A stretch of 64,000 bases of DNA from Callorhinchus milii (GCF_018977255.1 NW_024704742.1:86678001-86742000), one strand, 5' to 3'; positions 13,155-26,809 are shown, counted from the stretch's first letter. The notes: generated by a model from the sequence alone, not told the origin. Made by a program: numbers and translations.

Positions 13155-14425
13155 AGAATATGACATTGGATTTGTGGGGAAAACAGAAAGAGAATGATAA
13201 AATACTATTTTTTTAAAAAAATGGTCTTCCTCCTTTTATTATCACTATTATTGGCTTGTACAGAAAAATAATCACACACGGGCAAAAATCAGCTTCACAT
13301 TTTAAGTGTATTGAAATGAAAATTGAGTTATTTTTAAAAATTTATATTAACCTTACAATTCCAGTTAGCCATAAAATACAGAGGTTTGCCATTGTGCAGT
13401 CTCACAGATTGAGTGTCAGCTTGGCTCAGCTAGAAGAACTCTCACCTTTGAGTCAGCAGATTGTGGGTTCAAGTCCTTTGAACTCACAGTGAAGATTGAT
13501 ATGTCAATACAGTGCTGTCCTTTGGATGAAACCAATGTCCCATCTGCCTGTTCAGTTGGGTGTTAAAAGATCTCATGGCACTACTCGAAAAGAGAAGGGA
13601 GTGTCTCCTGGTGTCATGGCCAAAAATCCCCCAAATAAAATTGTTCCTCTCACAAGCTTCTGTGTTTATCATTCAGAAAAGGTTCCCTGTACTGTCTTTC
13701 AACTAATAAACCCAATTCCTCATCTTCCCCTTGTCCCGCAACCCCCTTCCCTAAAGGATCCATACAGATTTTCATAGAAGAATTAGAATTGTTGACAATA
13801 CAATTACTTACATTTGTATTGCATTTTCCACACACACAAAAAAGCCTGCTTTACAGAATGAGATTAATTTGAAATGACATGTTGAAGCTAATTTGCACAG
13901 GAAACGTCCTGAAAAATGAGCCAAACAGCAATCTGAGTAGTTAACTCATGTGAATTTGGGAGTGAATGTGGATGTAATGTAAATGTAAATTGGTATAACC
14001 AGTGGGGAAAACTCCATATTTCTCTGAAATAACTGCATGTAGCAAATACATAGAACTCAGGAAAACAAAATCTGGTATTATTGTCAAGAGATACCACAAA
14101 TATAGCCTAAACTGGACCGAAACTGTAACTCTAATGTTATGTATATAAATGTGTATTCAAATGTAGACATTCTTATATCTAACAATTCATTCTTAAATGA
14201 CAGTAAACTGTAAATCACAGGATTTAAAATATATAGTAGCACAACAGCACAATTAGCTAACTGGTAAACATTTATTTCTTCAAAGTAGTAGCCATTGCCT
14301 GCAGTCCCCATTCTCCTTGTACATTCATATCTTCACCCAGTGCACAAGTAATTTTAAGAACATAGTTGAACTGCATTGAATCAAGTCAGAATGATAAAAA
14401 AAATGTTGTCTGTTCTTTTTCTTAC

Positions 14426-14739
14426 TAATAATAATAATCCTTGTATTTGATACAACGCTTTTCACGTCTTCTAGTCGTCTCAAAGCGCTTCACAAAATAT
14501 ACTGTAAAGTGAATTGACTGTATATTTGTGGGAGGAATGTGGCAGCTAATTGCGCACAGCAGTGTCCCACAAACAGTCGTGGATTGAAGTGACCAATTTA
14601 TTATTGTTTTTTTTTCTTGAGTGATTATTATCAGGCGTGTGGAGTAAAGAAACTTGCCCAAGGTTTCACCCTGCCGGGAATTGAACCCAGGTCTCTCACT
14701 TGTAAGGCGGGTGCTCTAACCACTGAGCTACAGGACGCC
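14426..14739 (-). mobile_element. tRNA-headed SINE (short variant)
   Basis: Full head to (ATT)n tail; lacks the ~60-bp cctagcagtaagtaggaaccc block. Confidence 0.88.
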
Positions 14740-14769
14740 ACAAGTCCTGAAGTTACTGAACAATAACTT

Positions 14770-15215
14770 ACAATTATATAGTGCACTCCACGCCAGCTAA
14801 ACAATGGCGGAGCACAATGCTAAGCTTGGGGGAGAGGGAATGTGACCATAGGCGCGGTCGAAGAGGAAGGTCTTCAGGCGTAACCTGAAAATGGGGAGAG
14901 GGGGCAAGGAGAAGGGATTGTGGGAGGAAGTTCCATAGCTTCAGGCAGTAGTGGCTAAAGGCACAGTCGCCAATAGTGGAGTAGAAGATTCGAGAGACAA
15001 GGAGGAAGCCGGAGCCGGTAAAGCAGAGGCAGCAGGTAGTGCTGCGAGGAGAGAGGAGGTTGGACAGATGGGGGGGTGCCAAGGCATGAAGGGATTTAAA
15101 CACCAGAGTGAGGATCTTGAAGTTGATCCGCTCTGTGACAAGGAGCCAGTGGAGTTTGGCAAGGACTGGGGTAAACGGGGTACAGAGTTTGGTTTGGGTG
15201 AGAATGCGGGCGGCA
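14770..15215 (-). mobile_element. L2 LINE 3' fragment
   Basis: FKSLHALAPPHLS..IGDCAFS..LWN motifs in ORF 14774-15103. Confidence 0.8.
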
Positions 15216-15394
15216 AGTTACTGAACTACCTGACTAAGCACTGTTCACCCTATTTCAGAATGAGGTGCATATGTCGTGACTAAACTCTCTGAAGAGGATT
15301 CAAGCCGTATCATGCATTCATGTTAGACACTTGGGATAGCTTCTTGCGGTTGTTAACCTTTTGAATACTAAAGACCCACAATTAAGATGATAAT

Positions 15395-15885
15395 TAAGAT
15401 TGTCCTCTATGGCAGTCTCGGTAGTCCAGTTCCTGAGCCAGGCAGTCTGCAGTACTCCAGGGCACTGCTGATGGTAGACCAGCTGGGTCATTGGTAGGAC
15501 TTGGGAGGGACAGATCAGTCACTGGGGGCACTCAGCTCCTGTTAACCCTACAAGCCAAAGCCCCAATGGGCACGATGGTCCAAGTTGGACAAGCAACTGG
15601 AAAGCTTGCCACAGTGCTGTCAATTGCAAGCTACATGGTTTTAGTTGGTTAGACTCCACCAGTACCTTAACTCACACTCTGGGTTCTCCAAGTCTTTACT
15701 CTTGCTGAATCGAGTACTGTCCGGAATGCAGAGATAGGATCCATCCTTCCAGGGAGATGGCCTGTATTCCATTCCAGACACAGTAATTATCAATGTTTAG
15801 ATGGGATGTATGGAACTCGCAATCAGTTTTGGATACGCTTAAGAATGGTGATGGGTTTCTGCTTGAGTCAGACACACAGCTGACC
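15395..15885. repeat. One arm of the fold-back repeat family (see 29214-30293)
   Basis: Shares ttagttggttagactcca...ggtgatgggtttc...cagctgaccc with the other copies. Confidence 0.75.
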
Positions 15886-16422
15886 CCTAAGTGGTTTACT
15901 GTAAGGGACAAAGGTGCAAGGAGTGGTGCAAAGATTAACACACACTTTTTCAAATCTGGTAGCTGTGGACAGAGCCCAGTCCAGAAAAGCACAAAGTTCT
16001 CTCACTCTCTCCGCTGTGTTTTAAACGCCCCGATAAGCTGTCTGGCATGAAGGGCGCTATATAAATGCAAGTTGTTGTTATTGCAAGGCTCCTGCATGAC
16101 ATCAGTTTATATCATCAGAGCACAATTCCTGCCTTCATTAAGTCCACAGCACAGTACAACTATGGCCCTCTCTCGATTTAGCATTCTCAACTCAGAGAGC
16201 TTTCTAAGAAAAGCGAGGGTGTGAAACGGAAAAAGAAATCACAGCACACTACAGCTGCTGGACATTGTTCAGAGAGAGAGTGTACAGAGCTTTCCCCTCT
16301 GCACTATTTGGCTCGGGAGCCCTCAAGTGATGCAACTGGGTTCCCACAGTAAGAAAGTGTTTGATTCTCTCGTGTCACAAAGACCTTTTGCTCAAATGAA
16401 GTGACAAAAAAAATACCCTCAC

Positions 16423-16428
16423 TTTATT
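16423..16428 (-). terminator. Candidate ENTREP1 poly(A) signal
   Basis: AATAAA on the - strand ~740 nt after the stop, followed by a T/GT-rich tract. Confidence 0.55.
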
Positions 16429-17170
16429 AACCATCAGAGCCAATATTTGACAGGGAGCAAACCCTGACATTTTAACCTAATTTTAGGCATCGCAATAATC
16501 AAACTCAGAAGGTATGAGACCTTATTGTAGTATCTCAGAGAGCTGTGCGTTTGTGACCAGCTCTTGTGGTTAACATACAAAATTAGAAACATAAAATAAT
16601 TCTCTAAATCTTTTGACATGACACACATCTAGAAGTGCAAAGGGTGTGTAGTCAGTGCTCAAAGGGTTAACCGAAATGTCTGCGATCAAACGTGACATTT
16701 TCTCACATACTGTCTTGGCCAGATTTGGCAACAGCCAAACCTTTCTGCTTCTAACAAAATAAATAGCTTTACCCTTTGAGATGATGTGCTCACTGTTTTG
16801 TTACTGATGTGGCCGATGATATGAAGGTGTCCTTAGAAAATCTGGCTCTCTGAGCAGCTATTAATTAGTCTGTTGGCCTGACACAGACATGAGCATACGA
16901 GTCTCAATGCATTAAGACCCAGTGAATTTCACAACTGTAAATGGCAACGTTCATTATTGTCGGTCGAGGTAAGAGTATCATAAGCCGTTTTCGCTGCTTT
17001 TGATAAGTTATATTTACACACATCGTTCTCCAGTATGCTAGGTAGCCTCACATTGAACAGATCCCCCCTTCCCCATATTGCACTGTGACCCTAGACATAT
17101 TCTCTTCGAGGCTTGGCTTTTTTTCTAAAGCAGCCTTGGTTTAGGTTACAAATTTAACTTCACTCTCTTT

Positions 17171-17374
17171 TCAGAGAATGGTCTCCTGGGCTCCCCCAGC
17201 CAGACTGTGGGGCCTTTCCTGGTCGGGTTTGTGCTCGCTCCTTTCTTCTGTCTGTGATTCGGCAGTGGTGAAGGTGCTGAGGTCCCCACAGCTGTGCAAA
17301 TGAAGCAGCTGAGCACGTCGTCTTGACTGAGGGGTCTCCAGCCCTGGTATGTTTTGCTCAGAACCAGTGATGAC
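17171..17374 (-). CDS. ENTREP1: ENTREP1/FAM189A2 terminal coding exon
   Basis: aacag|GTC; ...LLHLHSCGDLSTFT...ERPHSLAGGAQETIL-stop, matching the FAM189A2 C-terminus as I recall it (LLHLQSCGDL..ERPHSL..RETVL). Confidence 0.93.
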   Translation of the reverse strand, partial: VITGSEQNIPGLETPQSRRRAQLLHLHSCGDLSTFTTAESQTEERSEHKPDQERPHSLAGGAQETIL

Positions 17375-17399
17375 CTGTTCAAGAAAAAAAACCAAAAGC

Positions 17400-17850
17400 T
17401 GCTGGTAACTTTGCACACTTGCCTATTAGGGAACATATGACCAGTCACTGGGGGCAGGGAATCATCCCATTCAACTCCTATTAACCCTGCAACCCAAAGC
17501 CCTAACAGGCAGGGTGGTCCTAGCTGGACAAACAGGGAGAAAGCTTGCCAGATAGTACTATCAATGGCAAGCTATGCGATATCAGCTGGTTAGACTCCAG
17601 CAGTACCCCAACTCACACTCTGGGGTCCCTAAACCTTGGCTCCTGCCAACCTGCGCCTAATACTTTCTGGAATTAGGTAAGCAGGATGCATCCCTCCAGG
17701 GAGAGAGTGCACATTCCATTCCAACAATCTATCTCTGGGATTTACATGTGTAGGTGGGATGCATGGAAATCTCAGCTTGGTTTGGATACTCTTATTAAAC
17801 ATGGTGATGGGTTTCCGCATGTGTCAGACACCCGGCTAACCAAAAAAAAA
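17400..17850. repeat. One arm of the fold-back repeat family
   Basis: Ends cacccggctaacc followed by an A-run; aligns by eye to the other copies. Confidence 0.8.
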
Positions 17851-18284
17851 CCTACTTTGATTAGGAAAGTGTTAAAGATCAGGATTTATAGTCTCGGGTG
17901 ACCTCCAGTGCAGTCGTGAGAGAGCGCTGGATTGTCAGTGGTGCTCCACTTCGATTGAGCTGTTAAACTAAGATCCCACCCGGCAATTAAAGATCCAATG
18001 AGGCTATTTGAAAAGGGAAGGGAAAAGAGAAATCCTCCAGGTAAATTTATTTTCATTTTGTGACGTGCCGGACACAACTAATCATAAATTGACTGGAAAT
18101 GGCATGAATATTTCAAAAACCTTTGATAAGACTTCCTGTAAATTGTGAATATTATAGGAGAATGTTTCAGTCGTGCTCAAGTCAATCGCTAACTGAACAT
18201 TTGTTTGTGGAATTTTAGCTGGCAAACACTGAATATTTTATGATACAAAAATGAAGAGCGACAGGACTGCAAAGTGCCTCTTAC

Positions 18285-18574
18285 TTTATCAATGATGTTG
18301 GCACTTGCCACAGCCTCATCCATGTGCTCTTCATCTGATTGCAGGACTGATTTAATGTTCTCCACCAGCTCCTGAACCTCAGGAGTCATGCTACACGAAG
18401 ACTGTTCCAGAAATCTTGCAACGAGTAACTTGGTGTCTCTGTAGCTGTTGTAATCTACCAATGACCTGGGTCTCACTCTCGCTGCCCGTGACCTGCGCCC
18501 CTTCCGCAAGGTCACACCCTTCAGCTCTGGCCTCTCCTCAGTTTGTGTTGCAGCTTCGCAGCTCACCACAGCAT
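18285..18574 (-). CDS. ENTREP1: ENTREP1 coding exon
   Basis: atcag|AT..AAA|gtaaga; VSCEAATQTE..RPRSLVDY..DTKLLVARFLEQSSC..ELVENIKSVL.SDEEHM. Confidence 0.95.
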
Positions 18575-19104
18575 CTGATAAGAGGAGAAAATGAGGGAGA
18601 CCAGACATGGAGTTCTCAGGAATGATTCGATGATTATTTCTCGACAGATGCACAGGATTGATACCGCAATCTTTAAGCATTCTTCACAAGTTACTCAAGA
18701 GTTCACTCTTAGCAACACCACAGCATTGTTGACACTACTGAGAACTAAATAAACATGCAATTAAATGTACATTTTATAGTAAATCTATATAAATATATAA
18801 TAAATATATAAATGCTCTATGTATATAATATATATAATATGTGTATATATACAAACATGCACAGCTACAAGGGGTATGATTGCAGGACTGTAACCTAATG
18901 TCAGGATTCAGATGGTTAATTATAAATGTATTTGAATTTTACTTGCGGGTAGTCTTGTGAACCTTCTCAATTACTACCAGGAATTAATTATTCTGTATCA
19001 TAAGGTATCAAAATCACTAACAGATAGACTTGAGTACAAAATCTATCAATCTTAAACTGAATTATCAACCTTGATCTTACAGTGAACTCCAGTGAATGAC
19101 AAGC

Positions 19105-19420
19105 AAAAGCAGCAAGAAAGCTTACTAGACAGTGTATAATGGCAAGCTATGCAGTTTTAGTTGGTTAGACTCCAGCAGTACCCCGACCCACACTCTGGGG
19201 TCCCCAAGCCTTCACGCTTGCCAACCTGCACCTATACTTTCCGGAATTAGGTAAGCAGGATGCTTTCCTCTGGGGAGAGAGTGCACATTCCATTCCAACA
19301 AACTATTTCCTGGATTTCCAAGTGTAGATGTGATGCATGGAAATCTCAGCTTGGCTTGGATACTCTTAGCACGGTGAGGGGTTTCCACATGAGACAGATG
19401 CCCGATCAAACAAAAAAAAA
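19105..19420. repeat. One arm of the fold-back repeat family
   Basis: Same core sequence and A-run terminus. Confidence 0.8.
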
Positions 19421-21333
19421 GCTCTGCCATGAGGGGCAAACACACAGACCGAACCACCCGCTTCCACTATAGCATGTTGGGGAAGTACTGCCGGCTAGAG
19501 CATAAAGCCATACATATACCAAAATCCTGCAGGTTTTGTTCCCTGTCTGATCTCTCCCATTAGACTGTATCATTGACTGTATAGAGACTGTACAGCACAT
19601 GGTGCAGCCCACATGATCAGTGAGAACAAAACCCAGGCTCAGATCTAATGAAGGTAGCAGACTCGTGAAATCTTGACAGCTGGCTGTTAAAACACCTCAT
19701 ATTTATTTTAAACCTCAAAATTTGAAAAGAAACACAAAATAAATGCCAGCTAAATGAATAATCCTTGCATTATATTTAGAAAGAATTAATTCGGAGTTTT
19801 ATACCCCCTTAGCATGTTGAAACATCTCAAAGCATTTGAAACATACTTAAGCATAGTAACCTTTTTAGGTAAATACAGTTGCCATTTTTGCCAGCAAATT
19901 CCAACATCCATGAAATTAACAATGATAATAATAATCCTTGAATTGAATATAGTGGCTTATCACATCATTGAGACGTCTCAAAGACTTCACAAAATATACT
20001 GTAAAGTGATACGGAAATACGGAAGCCAATTGCGCACAGCAGTGTCCACAAACAGTCGTGGACTGAGTGAACCAAATTATTATTATTTTTTGAGAGACGG
20101 AAAGCGATCCGGGAATTAACTATCAACTGGATTCCTACTTACTGCTAGGTAAATAGAGGTGTGTGGAGTAAGGAAACTTGCCTAAGGATTTCCCTCGAAA
20201 AACCAAACTGAGATTGACCTATTAATCAATGGGATTCCTAACCCCAGTACCACGAAGAACTTCCTATTCTTTTCAATATGTGTCATTGGATCTCTTTAAC
20301 TTCCACCTAAACAGACAGCCAGGACTTCCATTTGATATTTGATCTGAACAGGCCCTAACAACAACAAACTCTATTTGTATTGTGCCTTTCAAGTCGGGAG
20401 GATATCCCAAAGTGCTGGACACCCGAGCTGGGGGTTCGGATCAGGAGGGGTGAAAAGCAGAGAGATATATTAACAATGCAGCACTCCCCCAGTACTGCAC
20501 CGGAGTGTCAGCTATGAACAGTGATCTGTGGAGTTTCAATGTGCAGTTTGATTCCATAATGTTCTGACTGAAGAGTGCTACTATCTGAGCCAGGGAGCTG
20601 CAAAAGGATTCATTAAAATGCCAGCAGCAATCAGAGATATTTCTGATTTCAATATCAGTTTTATTGTTGCAATCCCCCCCCCTCCCGCCCCTGAAAAAGC
20701 TAGAAGAATATTTTTGAATAAGTTTTAGCAATTTCTACATTTTAAAACAGATTGTGATTTATGGAACTATCTCAGTCAATCTTCAGCTATTTATTAAAAA
20801 AAAGGTTTCGAGACATTACGCAAAGCTTTGACATCAGGATAATAAAATTTGTCAGGGATTGTTGATGAATTTCCTATTAACTTGAAAAGTTGAGCTATTT
20901 ATCAAATTGTCTGCTGCATTCTATAAATTGCACAGACGTGAGCATTTGTTATAAGTGATCTGCCAATTCCAATGCCAAGGTGAGCCTGGCGGAAAGTAAA
21001 CTTTGCTCTCTACTGGACTTGGGAATTGACATAGGATTGAAATTGATAAATCGGTTTGCTTGCATTACTTTGATTTTTTTTGTTCAGGTAAATTAGTCAC
21101 CTATGAAACAGCAGACCAATGCACAGCTGATTTCATCTTGGTGCAACCACTCAGAAAGGTGCTGTGTGAATGGGGGTTAATTATCATTAGGTCACTAAAT
21201 TCAATGTATGTGTTAATTAGCGTATCACACTGCAATTTTCACTGGTGCCACATTGATGATCTCGCTCAACAACACCCACCATCCACCCAATCCCACTCCG
21301 CTCCCTACCCACACCACCACCATCATTCATTAC

Positions 21334-21492
21334 CTTCTGTAACTAGGTCCTGGAGTAGTGGGTCACTGTTGGATCGCTTTAGGTTTGAATTGCTTGATTT
21401 CTTGCATGCTGTTTCGGAGTTCCTGCTTCGGGGAGGGTGCACGATGCACAGCTGCAGAGAGTCAGTGAGAGAGCAGCTTGGAGAGGCATTGT
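21334..21492 (-). CDS. ENTREP1: ENTREP1 coding exon
   Basis: ctacag|AC..G|gtaatg, phase 1-1; ...LKRSNSDPLL resembles the RSKSDP motif; joins both neighbours in frame. Confidence 0.85.
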
Positions 21493-21674
21493 CTGTAGAG
21501 TAACACAGAAAGCAATCACCTCACACCCCAGGACCTTTGGTCCTTCCAGTCACTTTTCATTCCTTTTTTTTACGCAGTCTGTCTGCATAATTAAGGTTCT
21601 GGACCATCTGTGTCACTATTCCCCTCACCTCTGGAACTCCATGTCTCCAGTCCACCTGCCCTCTCTATTTCTAT

Positions 21675-22029
21675 GGAGACCTGTAGCATATTGGTTGAGA
21701 ATTTGTCTCACAAGCGAGAGGACACGGGTTTCATTCCCAGGTGGGGAGAAACCTTAGGCAAGTTTCTTACTCCATGCACCTGTTTACCTAACAGTAAGTA
21801 GGAACCCGTTTGTTAGTGATTGGCAGATCGCTTTCAAGGGGTAAGAATCCTTCAAAAAAAATTGGCCACTCAATCCATGACTGTTTATGATGCACCACTG
21901 TGCACAATTAGCTGCCACTTTTTGCCCACGAAATATACAGTTAATTCACTTTACAATATATTTTGTGAAAAACTTTGAGGCATCTCAAGGACGTGATAAG
22001 GTGTTATATCAAACGCAAGGATTATTATT
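21675..22029 (+). mobile_element. tRNA-headed SINE (long variant)
   Basis: Head, core and tail present. Confidence 0.85.
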
Positions 22030-22739
22030 CCTGTTTTATGTGTTGGTGTATATGTATAAGAATATGAATTTTTAAAGTAATATTGGAAATACTGCAGAAA
22101 GAAGGTGTTCTTAAGAATATCTATGTATATTTTTTCCAGATCTTTTTAAAAAAATGTTCCCCTGCACCATTCTTTTGCCATGGCTGGGAGGTCATGTATC
22201 TGTTGTCGACCTCCATTTCCACTCTATTTAGCCACTAGTCAGCGAGCAAGAACACCATAACTTTATGGAACTTCCCATCATAAACTAACACCAACAAGGC
22301 CTGTAAATCTTCTGACGCTCAGATAGTTTTGCACAAGTCATTTGGATCAGGCACAAGTCCAGCCACGGCTAAATCTCAGACCATTACTGGGCATCCCACG
22401 GGCCGATTTCATCCGCCCCCTCCCATCTGGCCCACCCGCTCCCTCCATAACCCGTAAATGTTATGTTTCTGGAAGGGAAACACAAAAATATTGCTTATGC
22501 AGCTTGGGGACGATTCACAAATAAGGCATTCAGCCCTCAGCAGCCAAAAAGTTGGACCACCCCTAATGTTTTAAAGGATAATGTGTATATATATGCTCAG
22601 TTAACAGTCCAAGGTTCAGAGGCTGCAGGACAGTGAGCAGCTCGTATCAGCTAGCCAATAGACCTCTGAGACTCTTGTGTAATGTGTTCGACTTGTCCTG
22701 CCTGGGGAGTGTCTGTAGCAAATGAAAGCTCTTGTGCAG

Positions 22740-23125
22740 GACTAGGACTGCAGTAGCCCTAATGGATAAAGGTACCAAGCCACACAGACCAGAGGTTGCA
22801 AGTTCACTGTACATAACCCAAATTGTAATCGTTGATGATTCATCAGTCTGCACTCAGTTAGCTGTTCTCGGGACAGAGCAGCAACTGAGGTGTTACAATT
22901 GGCCTCTGTGCTCCCTAAATGAAGAAAGGAAAATTAATCTGCGCATCCCTCCTTCTGCTCAGCAGAGACGCCTACTGCCTACTGGGAGGTGGGCATGTGT
23001 GGACAAGGAACAGTGAAAGGATCAGGTTTAGCTGTGATGTCCTTCTCCCAGCCTGTCAATGCTCACGGCCAAGACCTCTGCATGAATAATGTCCATTTGG
23101 CAGCGTAGTGGAAGGTCACTGGGGT
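22740..23125 (+). mobile_element. Old, highly diverged SINE-like repeat
   Basis: Related pieces near 27280, 28165, 41830 (-) and 61430. Confidence 0.5.
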
Positions 23126-23964
23126 CTATAGAATCTTAGTCCGTGGGAGGCAAAAAAAGGAATCAAACTCTTCCAGAAGAGGAGGGTGAGAAATTGGAAT
23201 AGAAAACAAAACAGAAGTTCACATAAGGAATTCTCATCTTCATTTAGCAGCTGCTCTAAAGCAGTTAATTCTGTATAAAATCTGGGATGTGGATAGGCAT
23301 AGAATATCAATACCATTGGCTCGGATTCAAGAGCTTCTGCCTGACTCAGCAGCTCAGCAGTAACCATGGCTTTTTACTGTGAGCTCACTGTGGCTGAGTT
23401 TAGAGGCAGGCTGCAGAATTAGCACAGTAAGACATTCCAGAGAGGGCATCTCAAGTCACTTACCAAAGCAGAGCAGAGTTTTGCAAGAGCGCAAGCAGGT
23501 TGTTTTTTGGAGAATAACATCACACTGCTACTGCTGCTATTTTCTCTCTCTTTTTGGAGCAGGTCCCACACTGCCCAAGCCTCCCTCAGGCAGTGCCACC
23601 CAGAGGCCAACGCTGGCAAGAGATGGAGAAGGACAGCTCCAGGGTTGGGGGTCAATTCTGCATGTACCCTGGAATTTCTCTCTAACACTCTGCTCGGACT
23701 CCAATCTCTGTTTTGACGTTTGTACTGTTGTCTGGGCAAACGGCAAGAGATGTGTAGGTGCTGTGCACATGTGATGGAAATCCGAGGGGAGTTCCAAATT
23801 CGCTATTTACAAATCCTTTTACAAATCGCGCAATTTACCCCCAGTGACATCTCTCTCTGCTTATTGAGGAAGCCTTCCCCCAGCCAGCGCCTCCCCACAG
23901 CCACATGACTGAGAGAGATTTGGAACTCATCACTCATCGCAGGATCACACCTACACTGTAACGT

Positions 23965-24458
23965 TCTATTAGTCAGAGCACTCGCCTCGCAAGCGAGAGG
24001 ACCCGGGTTTAATTCTGGCAGGGTGAAACATTAGGTAAGTTTCCTTACTCCATGCACCTGTTTACCTAGCAGTAAGTAGGAACCCAGTTCTTATTCGATT
24101 AGTGGATTGGTTCTGGGAGTAATAATCCCTCCAAAAAAAATAATAATAATTTGGTCACTCAATCCACGACTGTTTGTGGGACACTGTTGTGCGCTATTGG
24201 CTACCATGTTTCGTCCACAAAATATACATAAGAATATAAGAACATAAGAAATGATAGCCAAAAAAAGACCAACGTCTATCCAGTTTGCCTTCCACCCTCC
24301 TGGCGGTCGCATGCACATGTCCCGAACTACCTATGTTCTATGTCCCATAATATTATTTCCTATACAGTCAATTCACTTTACAGTATATTCTGTGAAGTGA
24401 TTCAAGACGTCTCAATGACGTGATATGGCGCTATATAAAATGGACGGATTATTATTAT
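23965..24458 (+). mobile_element. tRNA-headed SINE interrupted by a short CR1-tail-like insert (~24229-24360)
   Basis: Insert begins with (taagaaca)n-type repeats and is flanked by duplicated tataca. Confidence 0.75.
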
Positions 24459-24836
24459 AACATTTGCTTGTCTGAATCATTTAAAGGGACACACAAACAA
24501 AAGAAAACAGAGAGCTGTGGCTGCAATCATTCTACAGATATTTGTGAGATTCCTGATCTTCACGCCATCTGCAGACTAGGATCCTAATCTGGCATGTGAC
24601 ATCAACAGGGATGTAGCAGGCTCTGGGGGAAATTGAGCAGTGCTTGCTCTCGTATTGGTAGTTTCCTGCCTCTCCTGGATCTTTAACATTCACCTGGAGA
24701 ACAGGCAGGCGGGAACCCAGTTTTGTGTTCCCTTAAACCCTAAAACCAAACTCCTCAAAGGTTGACCAAGACTTTTGCTTGATGGCCAATGGTGAAAGTG
24801 ATGCTAGAAGAGATAAGTGGAAGGATTCTCTTTTAC

Positions 24837-24909
24837 CTTCAGTCGTCACGTGAGGCCTAATTCTTTCTGAAGGTCCGTCCATCACCTCACTGACCAGTAG
24901 ATTTGAAAC
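24837..24909 (-). CDS. ENTREP1: ENTREP1 coding exon (poorly conserved linker)
   Basis: ttttgtgttgacag|GTT..GAAG|gtaaaa; phase 0-1, exactly what is needed to join exons 33815 and 21492; VSNLLVSEVMDGPSERIRPHVTTE. Confidence 0.7.
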
Positions 24910-26507
24910 CTGTCAACACAAAAAATTGGAGGCATTTGACTATAAGAAATTCTTCAAGGCCTTAGCATTCAAATTGAAGTTTTAATGCAGTTATAAAGTA
25001 CCAGAGCCAAACTAGGGGCCTGAAATTCTCCCTCCTCTTAGGCTGTAAGACTACAGACTGAGAACCGGCTTTCAAAATAATTTGGCTATTGTGCAAGATT
25101 CTCCTTGATCTTAAATTCTAAGGCTGAGACCAGGGAAGCGAGCAGAGATTAAATACATATTGGGTTATCCACTAAGCCTTCAGAGAAATGTTTCAATATT
25201 TTATAACAAATTTAAATGAAACAAGATTCCTGGATGCTACTCTATGCAAATGCCCAACACAAAACTATTCGCAGATCAGATTTGTTATATTTTCAGCTTT
25301 GTAAAATTCATCACCAATGAATTATAAACCTCATGGGCAAAGTGTGCAAAAAGAAGGCCAGCCAGCAAAACAGATACGTTTTAATTTCTCATCTTTTGGA
25401 CTTTGCCACTTTAGGATTTGCGATTAACCTGCCCTGGATTTAACTGGCCCAGATTTCACCAACCCCAGATTTCACTAGCCACAAATTTCACAAAACAGAA
25501 AGCGCAAATTCACACAGCAGAGTCTTGAAATTTCACCTTGTCTTAACCTGTGAGACCACTTGTGTCTTAATTAAAATTTTAAATACATTTCAGCCACTAC
25601 GCCCTGAAGCTCTGGAACCCTCTCCCTCAATCCCTCCGCCTTGTCCCCTCTCTCACCTTTTTCAAGTCCCGCCTAAAAACTTCCTTTTCGACTGTGCTTA
25701 CAGTCCCTCCCCTCCCCACACCCAGCTCTGAGTCAGGCTCTGCCACTGTTAAGCACTCTGAGACACTACCCTGCGTGGAGGGCACTATAGATTGTGCAAG
25801 TTGTTGTTTAAAAACTTTTAATCAGGTCTTTTTACCGTTCTACAAAAGAATTGGCTTCCAAATTGAAACAACATTTAAGAATTATCGGCACTTCTATGTG
25901 ATTTACAATTTTAAGGCAACACGGTCTAAGATCACTGTGCTATCTGGTCTCAAATCTAATTTTGTGAGTGTTGCAAATTCGATCCATTGTTGTAGTTTCC
26001 AGGCACCAGGTGAATGGCCCGTGCATGTGAAGAGCTTGTTTCTTGGACTGCAGACTGTTTTCCTGCTGTAAATCATGGTCTGTTCATCCAGTCGATTTTA
26101 AGCGATTTCTCCCAGCTTGTGCCAGTCGCCTTCAAATCATGTAGTCAAAAGAGAGTCTCTCACAGGGCCTCTTGACAAACAGTGCATGACACTTTTTTTT
26201 CCTCATCTCAGAATCATGTACATCCCTTAGGATCTCATAAGCATTTCTCGTCACAATGGGGGAATTGAATATAAGGGAGTAAATGGAGGTTGACATGCAG
26301 AGAACAAAGCAAGGCTATGAATCTTAAAATAAACAAATTAAGCTGTGCTCTTCATCTTTCATCTCTACCTCCCTGTCCTCAAGAAATACAATTCATTTTA
26401 TATCAACTCAATTATTTTACTGCTATTTCTTAAAATTTTAAAGACCGGCCCATATAATGTCTCTACTAGGCTTTTGGATAACATCTGAGTAATAACTGAG
26501 CTCAATT

Positions 26508-26800
26508 ACAACAACAACAACTTGGATTTATATGGTGCCCTCCACGCCGTACGGCGTCTCAGAGCGCTTCACAATAACGGATCCCGGGGCCGAGCCAGGG
26601 GGAGAGGGAGGAAGGTGACCAAAGGCGCGGTCGTAAAGAAAGGTCTTTAGCCGAGCCCTGAAAATAGTAAGAGAGGGGGAGAGGCGAAGGGATTGAGGAA
26701 GGGAGTTCCAGAGCCTCGGGGCGTAGTGGCTGAAGGCACGGCCACCGATGCTGGAGTGGAGGATTCGGGGGACAAGGAGGAGGCCAGACCCGGTGGAGCA
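26508..26800 (-). mobile_element. L2 LINE 3' fragment
   Basis: Same tail family as 771-1420. Confidence 0.85.
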
Positions 26801-26809
26801 AATTAGTGG

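Noticed and set aside
17629..17820. Recurring ~65-aa ORF (KSIQTKLRFPCIPPTH...) in several places
   Set aside because: Reflects the shared fold-back repeat sequence; frameshifted in other copies and no known domain
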